The notes below the pieces were generated by a model. It was given only the letters and a program-made list of their open reading frames with translations, was not told the DNA's origin and made no database searches. The translations under genes were made by a program, and so were the position numbers. Shown here one piece after another: positions 30,468 to 40,344 of a DNA stretch of 64,000 bases. The stretch lies in the sequence record SRR22947727_4282; one strand, written 5' to 3'. How positions within the stretch are numbered: the stretch's first letter is position 1; each line of letters starts with the position of its first letter.

Positions 30468-31469
30468 ATGAAACTTATTACCGCTGCTGTCACTGCGATG
30501 GCTTTAACTGCCTCAGCATCCGGCGCTTTTGCCGCTTGTGATGAGGGTGAAATTGTCATCAAGCTGAGCCATGTGACAAATACCGATAAACACCCGAAAG
30601 GTATTGCTGCGACGCTGCTGCAAAGCCGCGTCAATGACGAGATGAATGGCAAAGCCTGTCTGGAAGTGTTTCCAAACTCAACGTTGTATAATGACAACCA
30701 AGTTTTGGAAGCGATGTTGCAAGGTGACGTGCAAATGGCTGCGCCATCCCTTTCAAAATTTGAGCAATTTACAAAAGTGTTTCGGATTTTTGACCTGCCA
30801 TTCATGTTTAAAAACGTAAATGCTGTGGATGAGTTTCAAAATAGCGCAGCAGGCCAATCTATGAAGGAAAGCATGACCCGCCGTGGTTTGCTTGGATTGG
30901 CATTTTGGCATAATGGTATGAAGCAAATGTCGGCAAATAAACCGCTGAATGATCCATCTGATGCCAATGGCCTCAAATTCCGGGTTCAAAATTCAGAGGT
31001 GCTAAAGGCGCAAATGGCCGCATTGGGGGGATCCCCGCAGCCGATGGCCTTCTCTGAAGTATATGGTGCGCTACAAACCGGCGTTGTAGATGGGCAGGAA
31101 AATACCTGGTCAAACATTTACGGCAAAAAGTTTTTTGAAGTGCAGGATGGGACAACCGAAACCAATCACGGTATTATCGATTACCTCTTGGTCACCTCAA
31201 CAGATTGGTGGGATGGGCTTGATGGTGAAATTCGCGATCAGTTAAGCACAATCATTGCTGAAGTGACCGAGGCGCGAAATTCAGAATCAACCGCTGTGAA
31301 TGAGGCCGCAAAGCAGGAAATTATCGCCGCCGGTGGTGTTGTGCGTCAATTAAGCGCCGCCCAACGTGAAAATTGGGTTGCGACAATGAAGCCTGTGTGG
31401 GAGCAATTCCGCAGTGATGTTGGGCAAGACAATATTGAAGCAGCTCAAGCGATTAACGCCAAGCATTGA
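30468..31469 (+). CDS. dctP: TRAP C4-dicarboxylate-binding periplasmic protein
   Basis: Signal peptide, HPKG, FDLPF, GLKFRVQ, EVYGALQTGVVDGQEN; GGGAGG SD. Confidence 0.93.
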   Translation: MKLITAAVTAMALTASASGAFAACDEGEIVIKLSHVTNTDKHPKGIAATLLQSRVNDEMNGKACLEVFPNSTLYNDNQVLEAMLQGDVQMAAPSLSKFEQFTKVFRIFDLPFMFKNVNAVDEFQNSAAGQSMKESMTRRGLLGLAFWHNGMKQMSANKPLNDPSDANGLKFRVQNSEVLKAQMAALGGSPQPMAFSEVYGALQTGVVDGQENTWSNIYGKKFFEVQDGTTETNHGIIDYLLVTSTDWWDGLDGEIRDQLSTIIAEVTEARNSESTAVNEAAKQEIIAAGGVVRQLSAAQRENWVATMKPVWEQFRSDVGQDNIEAAQAINAKH

Positions 31470-31490
31470 TCGCAGGCGGTTTGAAAAAGA

Positions 31491-31516
31491 TCTGGCCCAC
31501 AATCAATTGGGCCAGA
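31491..31516 (+). other. Intercistronic stem-loop between dctP and dctQ
   Basis: TCTGGCCCA-N8-TGGGCCAGA, a 9-bp stem without a U-tract; may stabilise the dctP part of the mRNA. Confidence 0.6.
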
Positions 31517-31549
31517 AATTCCGCGCCAGAATAATTAAAGAGCAGTCTC

Positions 31550-32233
31550 ATGGCCGAACTAGAAAAGCATATTGCCCGCAGATTTATTGATGAATTAGAA
31601 GAAACGGTGATTGCGTTTCTGTTGGCTGCGATGGTGGTTGTAACATTTATCAACGTTGTGCTGCGCTATGGGTTCAACACGGGTTTGATTTGGGGCTTAG
31701 AGCTGGTCACGTTTTTATTTGCTTGGTTGATTTTGTTCGGCGTCAGCTATGCGGTGAAAACCTCTGCGCATTTGGGCGTGGATGCGTTGCTTAACATCAC
31801 CTCGGGGCGGTTGCGTAGGCTTTTTGTGTTCGCGTCAGTTGCCTTCTGCGTGATTTACGCCGCTTTGTTGTTGAAAGGCGCATGGGATTATTGGGCTAAC
31901 TTTGCAAATTTACCACAAACCACGGGTCGGTGGTTTCCCACGGGGTTTGAAGATATGCGGCGCACCTCTTATCGAGCTTGGTATGAGGTGATTGATATTC
32001 CTTTCCCCGAATTTTTACGTTGGATCGAGCCGCTGATGAACGAAGGCGAGACCTATGAGAAACTTCCCCGCTTCATTCCCTATGCGATGCTGCCGGTAGG
32101 GGCGGCTTTGTTGCTATATAGGTTCGTTGAAGTTGGGCTGGCCCTGTCGCGTGGGGAATCGCGCGGCTTGATCGTCAGCCATGAGGTTGAACAAGAAGTG
32201 GAAGATCTTAAGCACGCGGCGAAAGAGGAATAG
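31550..32233 (+). CDS. dctQ: TRAP transporter small permease
   Basis: NVVLRY, WGLEL, HLGVD; four TM segments. Confidence 0.92.
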   Translation: MAELEKHIARRFIDELEETVIAFLLAAMVVVTFINVVLRYGFNTGLIWGLELVTFLFAWLILFGVSYAVKTSAHLGVDALLNITSGRLRRLFVFASVAFCVIYAALLLKGAWDYWANFANLPQTTGRWFPTGFEDMRRTSYRAWYEVIDIPFPEFLRWIEPLMNEGETYEKLPRFIPYAMLPVGAALLLYRFVEVGLALSRGESRGLIVSHEVEQEVEDLKHAAKEE

Positions 32234-32236
32234 GCC

Positions 32237-33613
32237 ATGGAAGTTGCCGCTCTCTTTTTTATGATCGTTGCGATGTTACTGATTGGCACGCCCATCGCTG
32301 TCGCGCTCGGCCTGTCCTCGATAACCTTCTTATTGGTGCTCAGTGACACCTCGCTGGCGTCAATCGCGCAAACATTTTTCCAAGCGATGGCTGGTCATTA
32401 TACGCTTTTGGCAATTCCGTTCTTTATTCTTGCGTCCTCCTTTATGTCGACGGGTGGCGTTGCGAAGCGTATCATCCGGTTTTCAATCGCAATTGTCGGG
32501 CATTTCCCAGGAGGCCTCGCGATCGCGGGCGTTTTTGCCTGTATGCTCTTCGCAGCGCTCTCTGGATCTTCGCCTGCAACGGTTGTTGCGATAGGAACAA
32601 TTGTGATCGCTGGGATGCGGCAGGTTGGCTATTCCAAAGATTTCGCCGCGGGCGTGATCGCGAATGCGGGGACTTTGGGAATATTGATCCCACCGTCAAT
32701 CGTTATGGTTGTTTATGCCTCTGCGACCGATGTCTCGGTGGGGCGGATGTTCCTTGCAGGCGTGATCCCAGGGCTGCTGGCCGGAACCATGCTGATGGTT
32801 ACGATTTATGTGATCGCTAAAATCCGAAACCTGCCAAAGGGCGAATGGCTGGGTTGGCAAGAAGTGTTCGCTTCGGGGCTTGATGCGATTTGGGGTTTAT
32901 TTTTGATCGTTATTATTCTTGGCGGTATTTATGGCGGTATTTTCACGCCCACCGAGGCGGCGGCAGTGGCTGCGGTATACGCGTTTTTGGTTGCCACCTT
33001 TATCTATCGCGATATGGGGCCCTTGGCGACGCCTGAGGGGCAGCCCAATATACCTATTTGGCGCAAGCCGCAGGCGTTGCTCACCGCTTTTGTGCATCGC
33101 GATACGCGCGATGCCTTGTTTCAAGCGGGTAAGTTAACCATTACCTTAATGTTTATCATCGCCAATGCTTTGATCTTGAAACATGTGTTGACGGATGAAC
33201 AAATTCCCCAACAAATTGCCAGCAGCATGCTGTCTGCAGGGTTTGGGCCGATCATGTTTCTGGTTGTGGTCAATGTGATTTTGCTGATTGGCGGCCAGTT
33301 TATGGAGCCCTCTGGCCTAATCGTGATCGTTGCGCCATTGGTTTTTCCAATCGCAATGGAATTGGGGATAGATCCAATTCATTTGGGCATCATCATGGTT
33401 GTAAATATGGAAATTGGCATGATTACACCGCCGGTGGGCTTAAACCTGTTTGTGACCTCTGGTGTCGCCGGTATGCCCATGATGCGGGTGGTGAAAGCCG
33501 CCTTGCCTTTTCTTGCGGTGTTGTTTGTCTTTTTGATTTTGGTGACTTATGTGCCGGTTTTGTCGACCTGGTTGCCAAACACCTTCATGGGCCCCGAGCT
33601 TATAACAAAATAA
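32237..33613 (+). CDS. dctM: TRAP transporter large permease
   Basis: LLAIPFFIL, SGSSPAT, LIPPS, TPTEAAA, ITPPVGLNLF. Confidence 0.95.
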   Translation: MEVAALFFMIVAMLLIGTPIAVALGLSSITFLLVLSDTSLASIAQTFFQAMAGHYTLLAIPFFILASSFMSTGGVAKRIIRFSIAIVGHFPGGLAIAGVFACMLFAALSGSSPATVVAIGTIVIAGMRQVGYSKDFAAGVIANAGTLGILIPPSIVMVVYASATDVSVGRMFLAGVIPGLLAGTMLMVTIYVIAKIRNLPKGEWLGWQEVFASGLDAIWGLFLIVIILGGIYGGIFTPTEAAAVAAVYAFLVATFIYRDMGPLATPEGQPNIPIWRKPQALLTAFVHRDTRDALFQAGKLTITLMFIIANALILKHVLTDEQIPQQIASSMLSAGFGPIMFLVVVNVILLIGGQFMEPSGLIVIVAPLVFPIAMELGIDPIHLGIIMVVNMEIGMITPPVGLNLFVTSGVAGMPMMRVVKAALPFLAVLFVFLILVTYVPVLSTWLPNTFMGPELITK

Positions 33614-33618
33614 AGCAA

Positions 33619-33647
33619 AGCCGCGCCTGTTAACAAATGGCGCGGCT
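33619..33647. terminator. Probable terminator hairpin between convergent dctM and tpiA
   Basis: AGCCGCGCC-N11-GGCGCGGCT; U-rich tail on the minus strand. Confidence 0.65.
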
Positions 33648-33678
33648 AGATTGTTCACAAGCCAAATATAAGTTTTGG

Positions 33679-34419
33679 TTAAGCCGTTTCCAAAGCTTCG
33701 ATAATTGGTGAGAAATCTTCAAAGCGCAAACTGGCTCCACCTACCAAAGCACCATCTACACAATCAATCTTAAAAATCTCGGCGGCGTTTGCAGCTTTAA
33801 CCGAGCCGCCATAGAGTAAACGCATGTTGGCTGCCTTCGCGCCCAGTTGTTTGGTGATTTGGGCGCGACAAAAGCGATGCGCTTCACCAATTTGCGCCGG
33901 TTCCGCCACTAGCCCAGTGCCAATCGCCCAGACAGGTTCATAAGCCACCACGGTGTTTTGCGCTGTGGCCGTTTCTGGAAGCGATTTTTCGAGCTGGTCT
34001 TTCAAAACTGGCAGCGTTTCTTCTGCCTGACGCTGCTCAAGCGTTTCTCCGATACAAATAATTGCGGTTAAACCTGCATTGAGGGCAGCGGTTGCTTTTT
34101 CTTTAATCAAAGCGCTGCTTTCAGCATGCGCCTGGCGGCGTTCTGAATGGCCAATAATCACTGCTGCAGCGCCAACGTCTTTCAATAGGCTCGCAGAAAC
34201 ATCGCCAGTATGCGCCCCAGAGACCTCTTGATGGCAATCTTGTCCGCCAATCAAAAGATCAGGTGCTTTCTTTCTTGCTGGTAAAAGCAGCGGAGCCGGG
34301 GGACAAATCACAATATCGATCTTGGAATTTGAATGCGCTGCCTGAAGGCGTTCAATTTCCTTTAGGCTGTCCAGCATTCCATTCATTTTCCAATTGCCCG
34401 CGGCCATTTTTTTGATCAT
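33679..34419 (-). CDS. tpiA: Triosephosphate isomerase
   Basis: AGNWKMNG, GHSERR, AYEPVWAIGTG, LYGGSV, LVGGASL. Confidence 0.97.
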   Translation of the reverse strand: MIKKMAAGNWKMNGMLDSLKEIERLQAAHSNSKIDIVICPPAPLLLPARKKAPDLLIGGQDCHQEVSGAHTGDVSASLLKDVGAAAVIIGHSERRQAHAESSALIKEKATAALNAGLTAIICIGETLEQRQAEETLPVLKDQLEKSLPETATAQNTVVAYEPVWAIGTGLVAEPAQIGEAHRFCRAQITKQLGAKAANMRLLYGGSVKAANAAEIFKIDCVDGALVGGASLRFEDFSPIIEALETA

Positions 34420-34568
34420 CCGGTTCTCTTTTCAATCTTGTGACTCTGTTTCAGCTATCTTAAACAGCAACCGGCGGGCCTTCAAGGAAGCCACGCCTGT
34501 AAAGAGCGCTGCGGACATTTTTTGGTCGGGCACGCTGGCGCTAATCGTAAACTGGTTTGGAAAGGCGT

Positions 34569-35474
34569 ATGGTTCCTCGACTGGATTTTTTGGATTTAAA
34601 GCGGCAGGACCGGGCGGCCTTGCATGCGTTAAAGGCGGCTGCGAAAGAGGTGGGGTTTTTAACCGTATATAATACGGGGATCAGCCGCGAAGATGTTTTG
34701 CGACTGCTTGACGTTTATAAAGCTTTTTTCAAAGGCCCCAATGCCGAAAAACAGGCGGTTAATATGGCGGTTACTGGCGCAAACCGTGGTTGGGGCGCGC
34801 CGGGGGCAGAGCAAGTCAGCGCTGATGCCAACCCTGATTATAAAGAAGTATTTGATTGTGGGATAGCGCTTGCTGAAAGCGATAGGTTGTGCGCGCTTGG
34901 CGTTTATGCCCCAAATCAATGGCCGAAAAACCCTGCAATGTTTGATGTTGATATTATGGCGTATTTTGAACGTGCGCGCGCTATATCCCTGATTATTTTG
35001 CAAGCTATTGCGGCGGGGAATGGGCGTGACCCTGCATTTTTTAACGATAAATTTAACAAACCTATGGCGCTGCTTCGAGGAAATTTCTATCCAAAAAGGC
35101 CTTTGGATAGCGGGGATAAAGATTTTGGAATCGCAGAGCATACCGATTATGGATGTCTGACATTTTTGGCCACTGATGGTCAGCAAGGCTTAGAGGTGCA
35201 CCTGCCCGATGGCGGATGGCAAGCCGTGCAAGTGCCCCCTGGCGAATTTATTATAAACTTCGGTGAAATGCTTGAGTTTTGGACTGGGGGGGAAGTTAAA
35301 GCAACCTTGCACCGGGTGCGCGGAGGTCCGCAGGAGCGGTTATCCATTCCGCTATTTTTCAATCCCAACCATGATACAAATGTAGCGCCAGAGGGCGTAT
35401 GCCAACCCATTCTAGCGGGTGAGCACTTGCAAAAACGCTTTAGCGAAACCTATCGGCATCTCAAAAAGGGTTGA
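34569..35474 (+). CDS. 2OG-Fe(II) oxygenase, isopenicillin N synthase family
   Basis: HTD...H facial triad (EHTDYG, TLHRV), RLS 2OG-binding motif, DIOX_N-like N-terminus (GFL, NRGW, DYKE). Confidence 0.9.
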   Translation: MVPRLDFLDLKRQDRAALHALKAAAKEVGFLTVYNTGISREDVLRLLDVYKAFFKGPNAEKQAVNMAVTGANRGWGAPGAEQVSADANPDYKEVFDCGIALAESDRLCALGVYAPNQWPKNPAMFDVDIMAYFERARAISLIILQAIAAGNGRDPAFFNDKFNKPMALLRGNFYPKRPLDSGDKDFGIAEHTDYGCLTFLATDGQQGLEVHLPDGGWQAVQVPPGEFIINFGEMLEFWTGGEVKATLHRVRGGPQERLSIPLFFNPNHDTNVAPEGVCQPILAGEHLQKRFSETYRHLKKG

Positions 35475-35825
35475 TTACATATCTGCGAATTTAATCGATT
35501 CGCCGCAACCGCAAGCTTCGGTGACGTTGGGGTTGTTGAACTTAAAACCAGCCTCCAATAGGGAGACTTCATAATCGATTTCAGTCCCAAACAGAAACAT
35601 CTGTGCCATTGGTGCGATCAACACCCGCGCGCCGTCTTGTTCGATCACCTCGTCGTGTTGGGTCACTTCGTCAACGTAGTCTAGCGTGTATTCCATGCCC
35701 GCGCAGCCGCCCTTTTTAACGCCCAAGCGCAACCCATAATGGCCATTTTGATCCATCAAGGCGTTGATTTGCTTCACCGCCTTTTGCGTCAAAGTGACAG
35801 CTTGTTTTCCCGGCATTGAGAACAT
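35475..35825 (-). CDS. A-type Fe-S carrier (IscA/SufA, HesB family)
   Basis: GGCAGMEY, FNNPN, CGCGES. Confidence 0.93.
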   Translation of the reverse strand: MFSMPGKQAVTLTQKAVKQINALMDQNGHYGLRLGVKKGGCAGMEYTLDYVDEVTQHDEVIEQDGARVLIAPMAQMFLFGTEIDYEVSLLEAGFKFNNPNVTEACGCGESIKFADM

Positions 35826-35846
35826 TTTTTCCGTCCTAATTACGGG

Positions 35847-36209
35847 TTACATAAACCCAAGTTCTAATCTGGCTTCATCGCTCATCATATCCATACCCCA
35901 AGGAGGTTCCCAGACAATTTCAACATCCACTTCTTTCACACCCGCCATAGGCTCGACCGCCTCGGCAACCCATCCAGGCATCTCACCCGCAACGGGGCAT
36001 CCAGGCGCAGTTAAGGACATCTTGATTTTGACCGCATTCTCTGCGTCAATATCCACGGTGTATATCAGCCCAAGGTCGTAAATATTCACTGGTATTTCAG
36101 GGTCAAAAACGGTTTTACAGGCTTCAACAACCCCATCATATAGCGGGTGATCTGTGCTTGAAGGGGCGATCAAAGGCGTGCCTTCCATAGGGGGCGATAC
36201 GTCAGTCAT
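35847..36209 (-). CDS. DUF59 / SufT-like Fe-S cluster assembly protein
   Basis: DPEIPVNIYDLGL, LTAPGCP, WEPPW, MSDEARLELG. Confidence 0.92.
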   Translation of the reverse strand: MTDVSPPMEGTPLIAPSSTDHPLYDGVVEACKTVFDPEIPVNIYDLGLIYTVDIDAENAVKIKMSLTAPGCPVAGEMPGWVAEAVEPMAGVKEVDVEIVWEPPWGMDMMSDEARLELGFM

Positions 36210-36224
36210 TAAATCTTCCGTTTA

Positions 36225-36248
36225 TTTCCTGACTAAACATATAGGATA
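36225..36248. promoter_or_regulatory. Possible IscR/Rrf2-type operator
   Basis: TTTCCTGACTAAACATATAGGATA just upstream of the Fe-S genes; the left half resembles the IscR CYTGACT half-site. Confidence 0.4.
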
Positions 36249-36285
36249 TACATGGCTGAAGGTCTAGGCCCGCACATCTGATTTA

Positions 36286-37101
36286 TTACGGCCCCACCGG
36301 TTTGCTATCGGGCAGCGCGATGCTGGCCACTTGTTCAGCGATTGGCTCGGAATTCAAAGGATGAAGATCGGCTGAGAAGGAGCCGGGATCCCCCAGCGGG
36401 GTCCAGGTTTTATTAAGATAAATTTCAAGGCCAGAAAAGCGCGCTTTATATCCCATTTTTGGGCTTCCGGGCACCCAATAGCCCAGATAGACATAAGGAA
36501 TATCCGCCTCTTTCGCCAAGGCAATATGATCCAAAATCAGATAGGTCCCAATCGAACTTTTTGTATAGCTGGGATCATAAAACGAATAGACCATGCTCAA
36601 TCCGTCATCGATCAGATCGGTGAGGGAGACAGCAATCAAATCTTGCCCCAATGTATATTCGGCAACCCGCGTACGAATGGGGGTTTCCTCGATCATTGCC
36701 GCAAATTCAAAAACATCCATATCGGCCATGCCGCCGCGGGCATGGCGCGCGCCCAGATATTTGCGGAACAATTCATATTGATCTTCTGTTGCCCAAGGCG
36801 AATTTACTTCACGTTTTAGGGTCTTGTTGCGATTAATCACGCGCTTTTGGCTTTTGCTCAGTTCAAACTTTTGAACGTCAATGCGCGCCGATAAACAAGC
36901 GGTGCATTCGGTGCAAGATGGGCGATATAGAACGTTTTGAGACCGTCGAAACCCTTGATGCGATAATTTGTCATTCAACCGCTGCGCATCATCCCCCTGC
37001 AAAGAGGTGAACAGCTTGCGTTCCTGCCGCCCTTCCAAATAGGGGCAGGGTTGCTGTGCAGTCACATAAAACTGCGGGGCAATAGGCAACGTATGACGCA
37101 T
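36286..37101 (-). CDS. bpt: Arginyl/leucyl-tRNA--protein transferase (ATE1-like bacterial Bpt)
   Basis: [36 protein letters not shown]....KM.YK. Confidence 0.9.
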   Translation of the reverse strand: MRHTLPIAPQFYVTAQQPCPYLEGRQERKLFTSLQGDDAQRLNDKLSHQGFRRSQNVLYRPSCTECTACLSARIDVQKFELSKSQKRVINRNKTLKREVNSPWATEDQYELFRKYLGARHARGGMADMDVFEFAAMIEETPIRTRVAEYTLGQDLIAVSLTDLIDDGLSMVYSFYDPSYTKSSIGTYLILDHIALAKEADIPYVYLGYWVPGSPKMGYKARFSGLEIYLNKTWTPLGDPGSFSADLHPLNSEPIAEQVASIALPDSKPVGP

Positions 37102-37213
37102 ATTTCCTGTTTAGCAACTTATCCGAGCATGATCAATGATCCGCGTCTAAGCTTTTGGTTTTATGGTTAAGCTTACCATTGACCTAATCGGTAACAAGGC
37201 GCAGTTTGCTGGA

Positions 37214-40000
37214 ATGCACTTTTCTCATTTGATGCACAACATTCCAAGGCCATTTTCTGCGGATCACGGGCATGAAGCGCGTCAGTTCTTTGCGACGGAT
37301 GGAGAAGAAATTCAAGATTTTGTGGCCGCGGTTGCAGGCTCAAGCCCCTATTTGAAGGGGTTGATTGAAAAAGAGCATCAGTGGCTGCGGGGCGCCTTTG
37401 CGCAGCCCGACGCCGCGTTAAAGGTTGAGTTTTCGGATTTGAAAGCGACAGCCGGTAGCGACCTGATGAGCGCGCTGAGACGCGCCAAAAGGCGTGTCGC
37501 GCTTTGGACTGCTTTATGCGATTTGGCGGGCGTATGGGCGCTTGAAGAGGTTACCGAGGCGCTAAGCAAATTTGCCGATCTTGCCTGTCAAATTAGTTTA
37601 AACCATGCGCTTAAAGTTCAGTTGCAGCGTGGAAAGATCCCCATGCGCAAGCCCAAGACGGATCCGGCAGGCTTGGGTATGTTCGTTTTGGCTATGGGAA
37701 AGCTTGGTGCAAATGAGCTTAATTATTCCTCTGATATCGATCTGATTTGCTTTTTCGATGAAAGCTATTTTGCCTCGGTGGATGTTTTCGAGGCCCGCGC
37801 CGGCTTTATTCGCGCAACCAAGAATATGGTGGCACTTTTGAACGATATCACGGCTGAGGGCTACGTGTTTCGAACCGATTTGCGTTTGCGGCCAGACCCG
37901 TCTGTGACACCAGTTTGTATGGGGGTCGAGGCTGCCGAGCATTATTATGAAAGCCGCGGGCGCACGTGGGAGCGCAGTGCCTTCATCAAAGCGCGGGTGA
38001 TCGCTGGGGATTTGAAAGCTGGTGCGCGGTTCCTCCAGAAAATGGAGCCGTTTGTATGGCGGAAATATTTAGACTTTGCGGCGATTGAAGATGCGCATAA
38101 TATTCGCCTACAAATCCGACGTAAAACCGACGTAATGGGGGCGATTACGCTGCCCAAGCACAATATTAAACTTGGTCGGGGCGGAATTCGCGAAATTGAA
38201 TTTTTTACGCAAACGAGGCAATTGATTGCGGGCGGACGGGATCCTGATCTGAGGTTGCGTGGAACGCAGCAAAGCCTTGCAGCGCTCTGTCAAAAAGGTT
38301 GGATTGATCCCTTAACCAAAGAACAGCTTACAGAGCATTATCAGGCGCATCGGGTGCTCGAGCATCGCTTGCAAATGATTAATGATGCTCAAACGCATAG
38401 TTTGCCCGCATCGGAAGTGGAATTTCAACGCTTAGCGGCCTTGATGTCACGAAGCGCAGACGCGTTGAAATCCGAAATATTTGCGCGGCTGACATCGGTT
38501 CATCAAATAACCGAAGCTTTTTTTGGGCCAGCCTCAAGCGATGTACCAATTGAGGCGCCTGAGTTTTCAGAAATATTGGACAAATGGCCAACCTATCCGG
38601 CGCTGCGCTCGGAAAGGGCTTATACGATATTTATGCGGTTGCAGCCGGAAATTCTAAAGCGGCTTAAGCAAACGGATAAAACAAAAGAGGCTGTGCTGGC
38701 TTTTGATCGGTTTTTGAGCGGTCTTCCTGCGGGGGTGCAACTGTTTTCTTTGTTTGAAGCCAACCCTCAATTGATTGATCTGTTGGTCGATATTGTGGGT
38801 ACCTCGGATCATTTGGCCGAATATTTGGCGCGTAATGCTCAAGTCTTTGATGCGGTGATCGGCGGCTCTTTTTGGGATGCTTGGCCCGGGTCTGAAACAT
38901 TAACGCAAGACCTCTCGAAGCTGCTGCAAACGACAGAAGACTATGAAACCAAGTTGGATATGACGCGTAGATGGGTGAAGGAATGGCATTTTCGCATTGG
39001 CGTTCATTTACTGCGCGACCTGACATCCGTTGAGCAAACAGCCCAAGAATATGCAGATTTGGCCGAGGCAGCATTAGCTGCCTTATGGCCAGAGATTTGT
39101 GTTGAATTTTCGCGCAAATATGGGCCCCCTCCGGGGCGTGGGGCGGCTTTGATTGCGATGGGGTCTTTGGGCGCGCAGCGGTTGCATTCAAATTCAGATC
39201 TTGATGTGATTCTTCTTTATGATGATGCAGGGCAGGAGGCCTCTATTGGGCCTAAATCTTTGCAATCACGCAGTTATTATGCGCGCTTAACGCAATCTGT
39301 CATCACTGCGTTAACGGCGCCCATGGCAGAGGGTCGGCTTTATAACGTAGATATGCGATTGCGCCCTTCGGGCAATCAAGGGCCTGTTGCCACCTCATGG
39401 CCCGCGTTTAAAGCCTATCAACAAAAGCAAGCTTGGGTTTGGGAACATTTGGCTCTAACGCAAGCGCGACCGGTGACGGGATGCGACAGTTTGTGCTCTG
39501 ATTTCGAGGCGTTTCGGTTGGCCACGCTGCGGCAGGCGGATCCAGATAAGTGTTTGCGCGGTCTGTCGAAAATGCGCGCGCGCTTGCTTAGTGCTTGGGC
39601 AGACAAATCGAGTTGGCATTTTAAGCGCGGCAGAGGGCGGTTGCTTGATATTGAATTGCTGTCACATCTTGGGTTGCTTTTAGAGGCCTCGATGCAGCGC
39701 GATACGCAGAGCGGACTGACCAATTTGCAGCGCCTTGGCATTGTTAATGCAGCTGATTTGGTACGCTTAATTGCAGCATATAAATTTTTGTTTCCTTGCC
39801 GTTTGGTGTCAAAATTTTTATCGGATGACACGCTGAACCCTACCGCGATGGGCAGCCGTGACTCGGCGCTTTTATTCCGCGTTTCTGGAACAAAAGATTT
39901 TGAAGATTTACAAAGCCAGATAAAACATCATAGACAAGTGGTTGATGAGATTTTAACGCAGGTTCTACCTGTTTTAAAGGAGAGTGATCATGAAAGGTGA
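37214..40000 (+). CDS. glnE: Glutamine synthetase adenylyltransferase
   Basis: Two nucleotidyltransferase repeats: MGKLGANELNYSSDIDL...DLRLRP and MGSLGA..L..NSDLD...DMRLRPSG. Confidence 0.95.
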   Translation: MHFSHLMHNIPRPFSADHGHEARQFFATDGEEIQDFVAAVAGSSPYLKGLIEKEHQWLRGAFAQPDAALKVEFSDLKATAGSDLMSALRRAKRRVALWTALCDLAGVWALEEVTEALSKFADLACQISLNHALKVQLQRGKIPMRKPKTDPAGLGMFVLAMGKLGANELNYSSDIDLICFFDESYFASVDVFEARAGFIRATKNMVALLNDITAEGYVFRTDLRLRPDPSVTPVCMGVEAAEHYYESRGRTWERSAFIKARVIAGDLKAGARFLQKMEPFVWRKYLDFAAIEDAHNIRLQIRRKTDVMGAITLPKHNIKLGRGGIREIEFFTQTRQLIAGGRDPDLRLRGTQQSLAALCQKGWIDPLTKEQLTEHYQAHRVLEHRLQMINDAQTHSLPASEVEFQRLAALMSRSADALKSEIFARLTSVHQITEAFFGPASSDVPIEAPEFSEILDKWPTYPALRSERAYTIFMRLQPEILKRLKQTDKTKEAVLAFDRFLSGLPAGVQLFSLFEANPQLIDLLVDIVGTSDHLAEYLARNAQVFDAVIGGSFWDAWPGSETLTQDLSKLLQTTEDYETKLDMTRRWVKEWHFRIGVHLLRDLTSVEQTAQEYADLAEAALAALWPEICVEFSRKYGPPPGRGAALIAMGSLGAQRLHSNSDLDVILLYDDAGQEASIGPKSLQSRSYYARLTQSVITALTAPMAEGRLYNVDMRLRPSGNQGPVATSWPAFKAYQQKQAWVWEHLALTQARPVTGCDSLCSDFEAFRLATLRQADPDKCLRGLSKMRARLLSAWADKSSWHFKRGRGRLLDIELLSHLGLLLEASMQRDTQSGLTNLQRLGIVNAADLVRLIAAYKFLFPCRLVSKFLSDDTLNPTAMGSRDSALLFRVSGTKDFEDLQSQIKHHRQVVDEILTQVLPVLKESDHER

Positions 40001-40268
40001 TGCGCTAGACCCAAAAGCCCTGATCCGTGAGGCGTATAATATCCAAGATATAAGCGCCGCAGAATGCCGTAGCATTTTTTTGGATTGGGCGCTGACGGTC
40101 CCAAGCCAAGAGGATATGCGGGATATCTTAAAGCAGCTTCTGGATAAATATGAGAGCTTCAGCCAAACACATCCAATGACGGAAACTTTAAGGCTGGGTC
40201 TTCAAACGGCGGAACCGCCGCGTCGCCGCGGCGGCTGGCGTAGGCGGGCGGCCGAAAGACCTCTATAA
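39990..40268 (+). CDS. Conserved hypothetical protein
   Basis: AAGGAG SD, overlaps the glnE end; DPK.LIREAY.I...ECRSIFLDWAL...HPM...RRRGG. Confidence 0.7.
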   Translation: MKGDALDPKALIREAYNIQDISAAECRSIFLDWALTVPSQEDMRDILKQLLDKYESFSQTHPMTETLRLGLQTAEPPRRRGGWRRRAAERPL

Positions 40269-40344
40269 ATATGCATTGGGCCTGTTTGATCCAAAACCTG
40301 CAAAATATTAAATGCACGCGTTTAGGATCACAGATGATGCAGCT

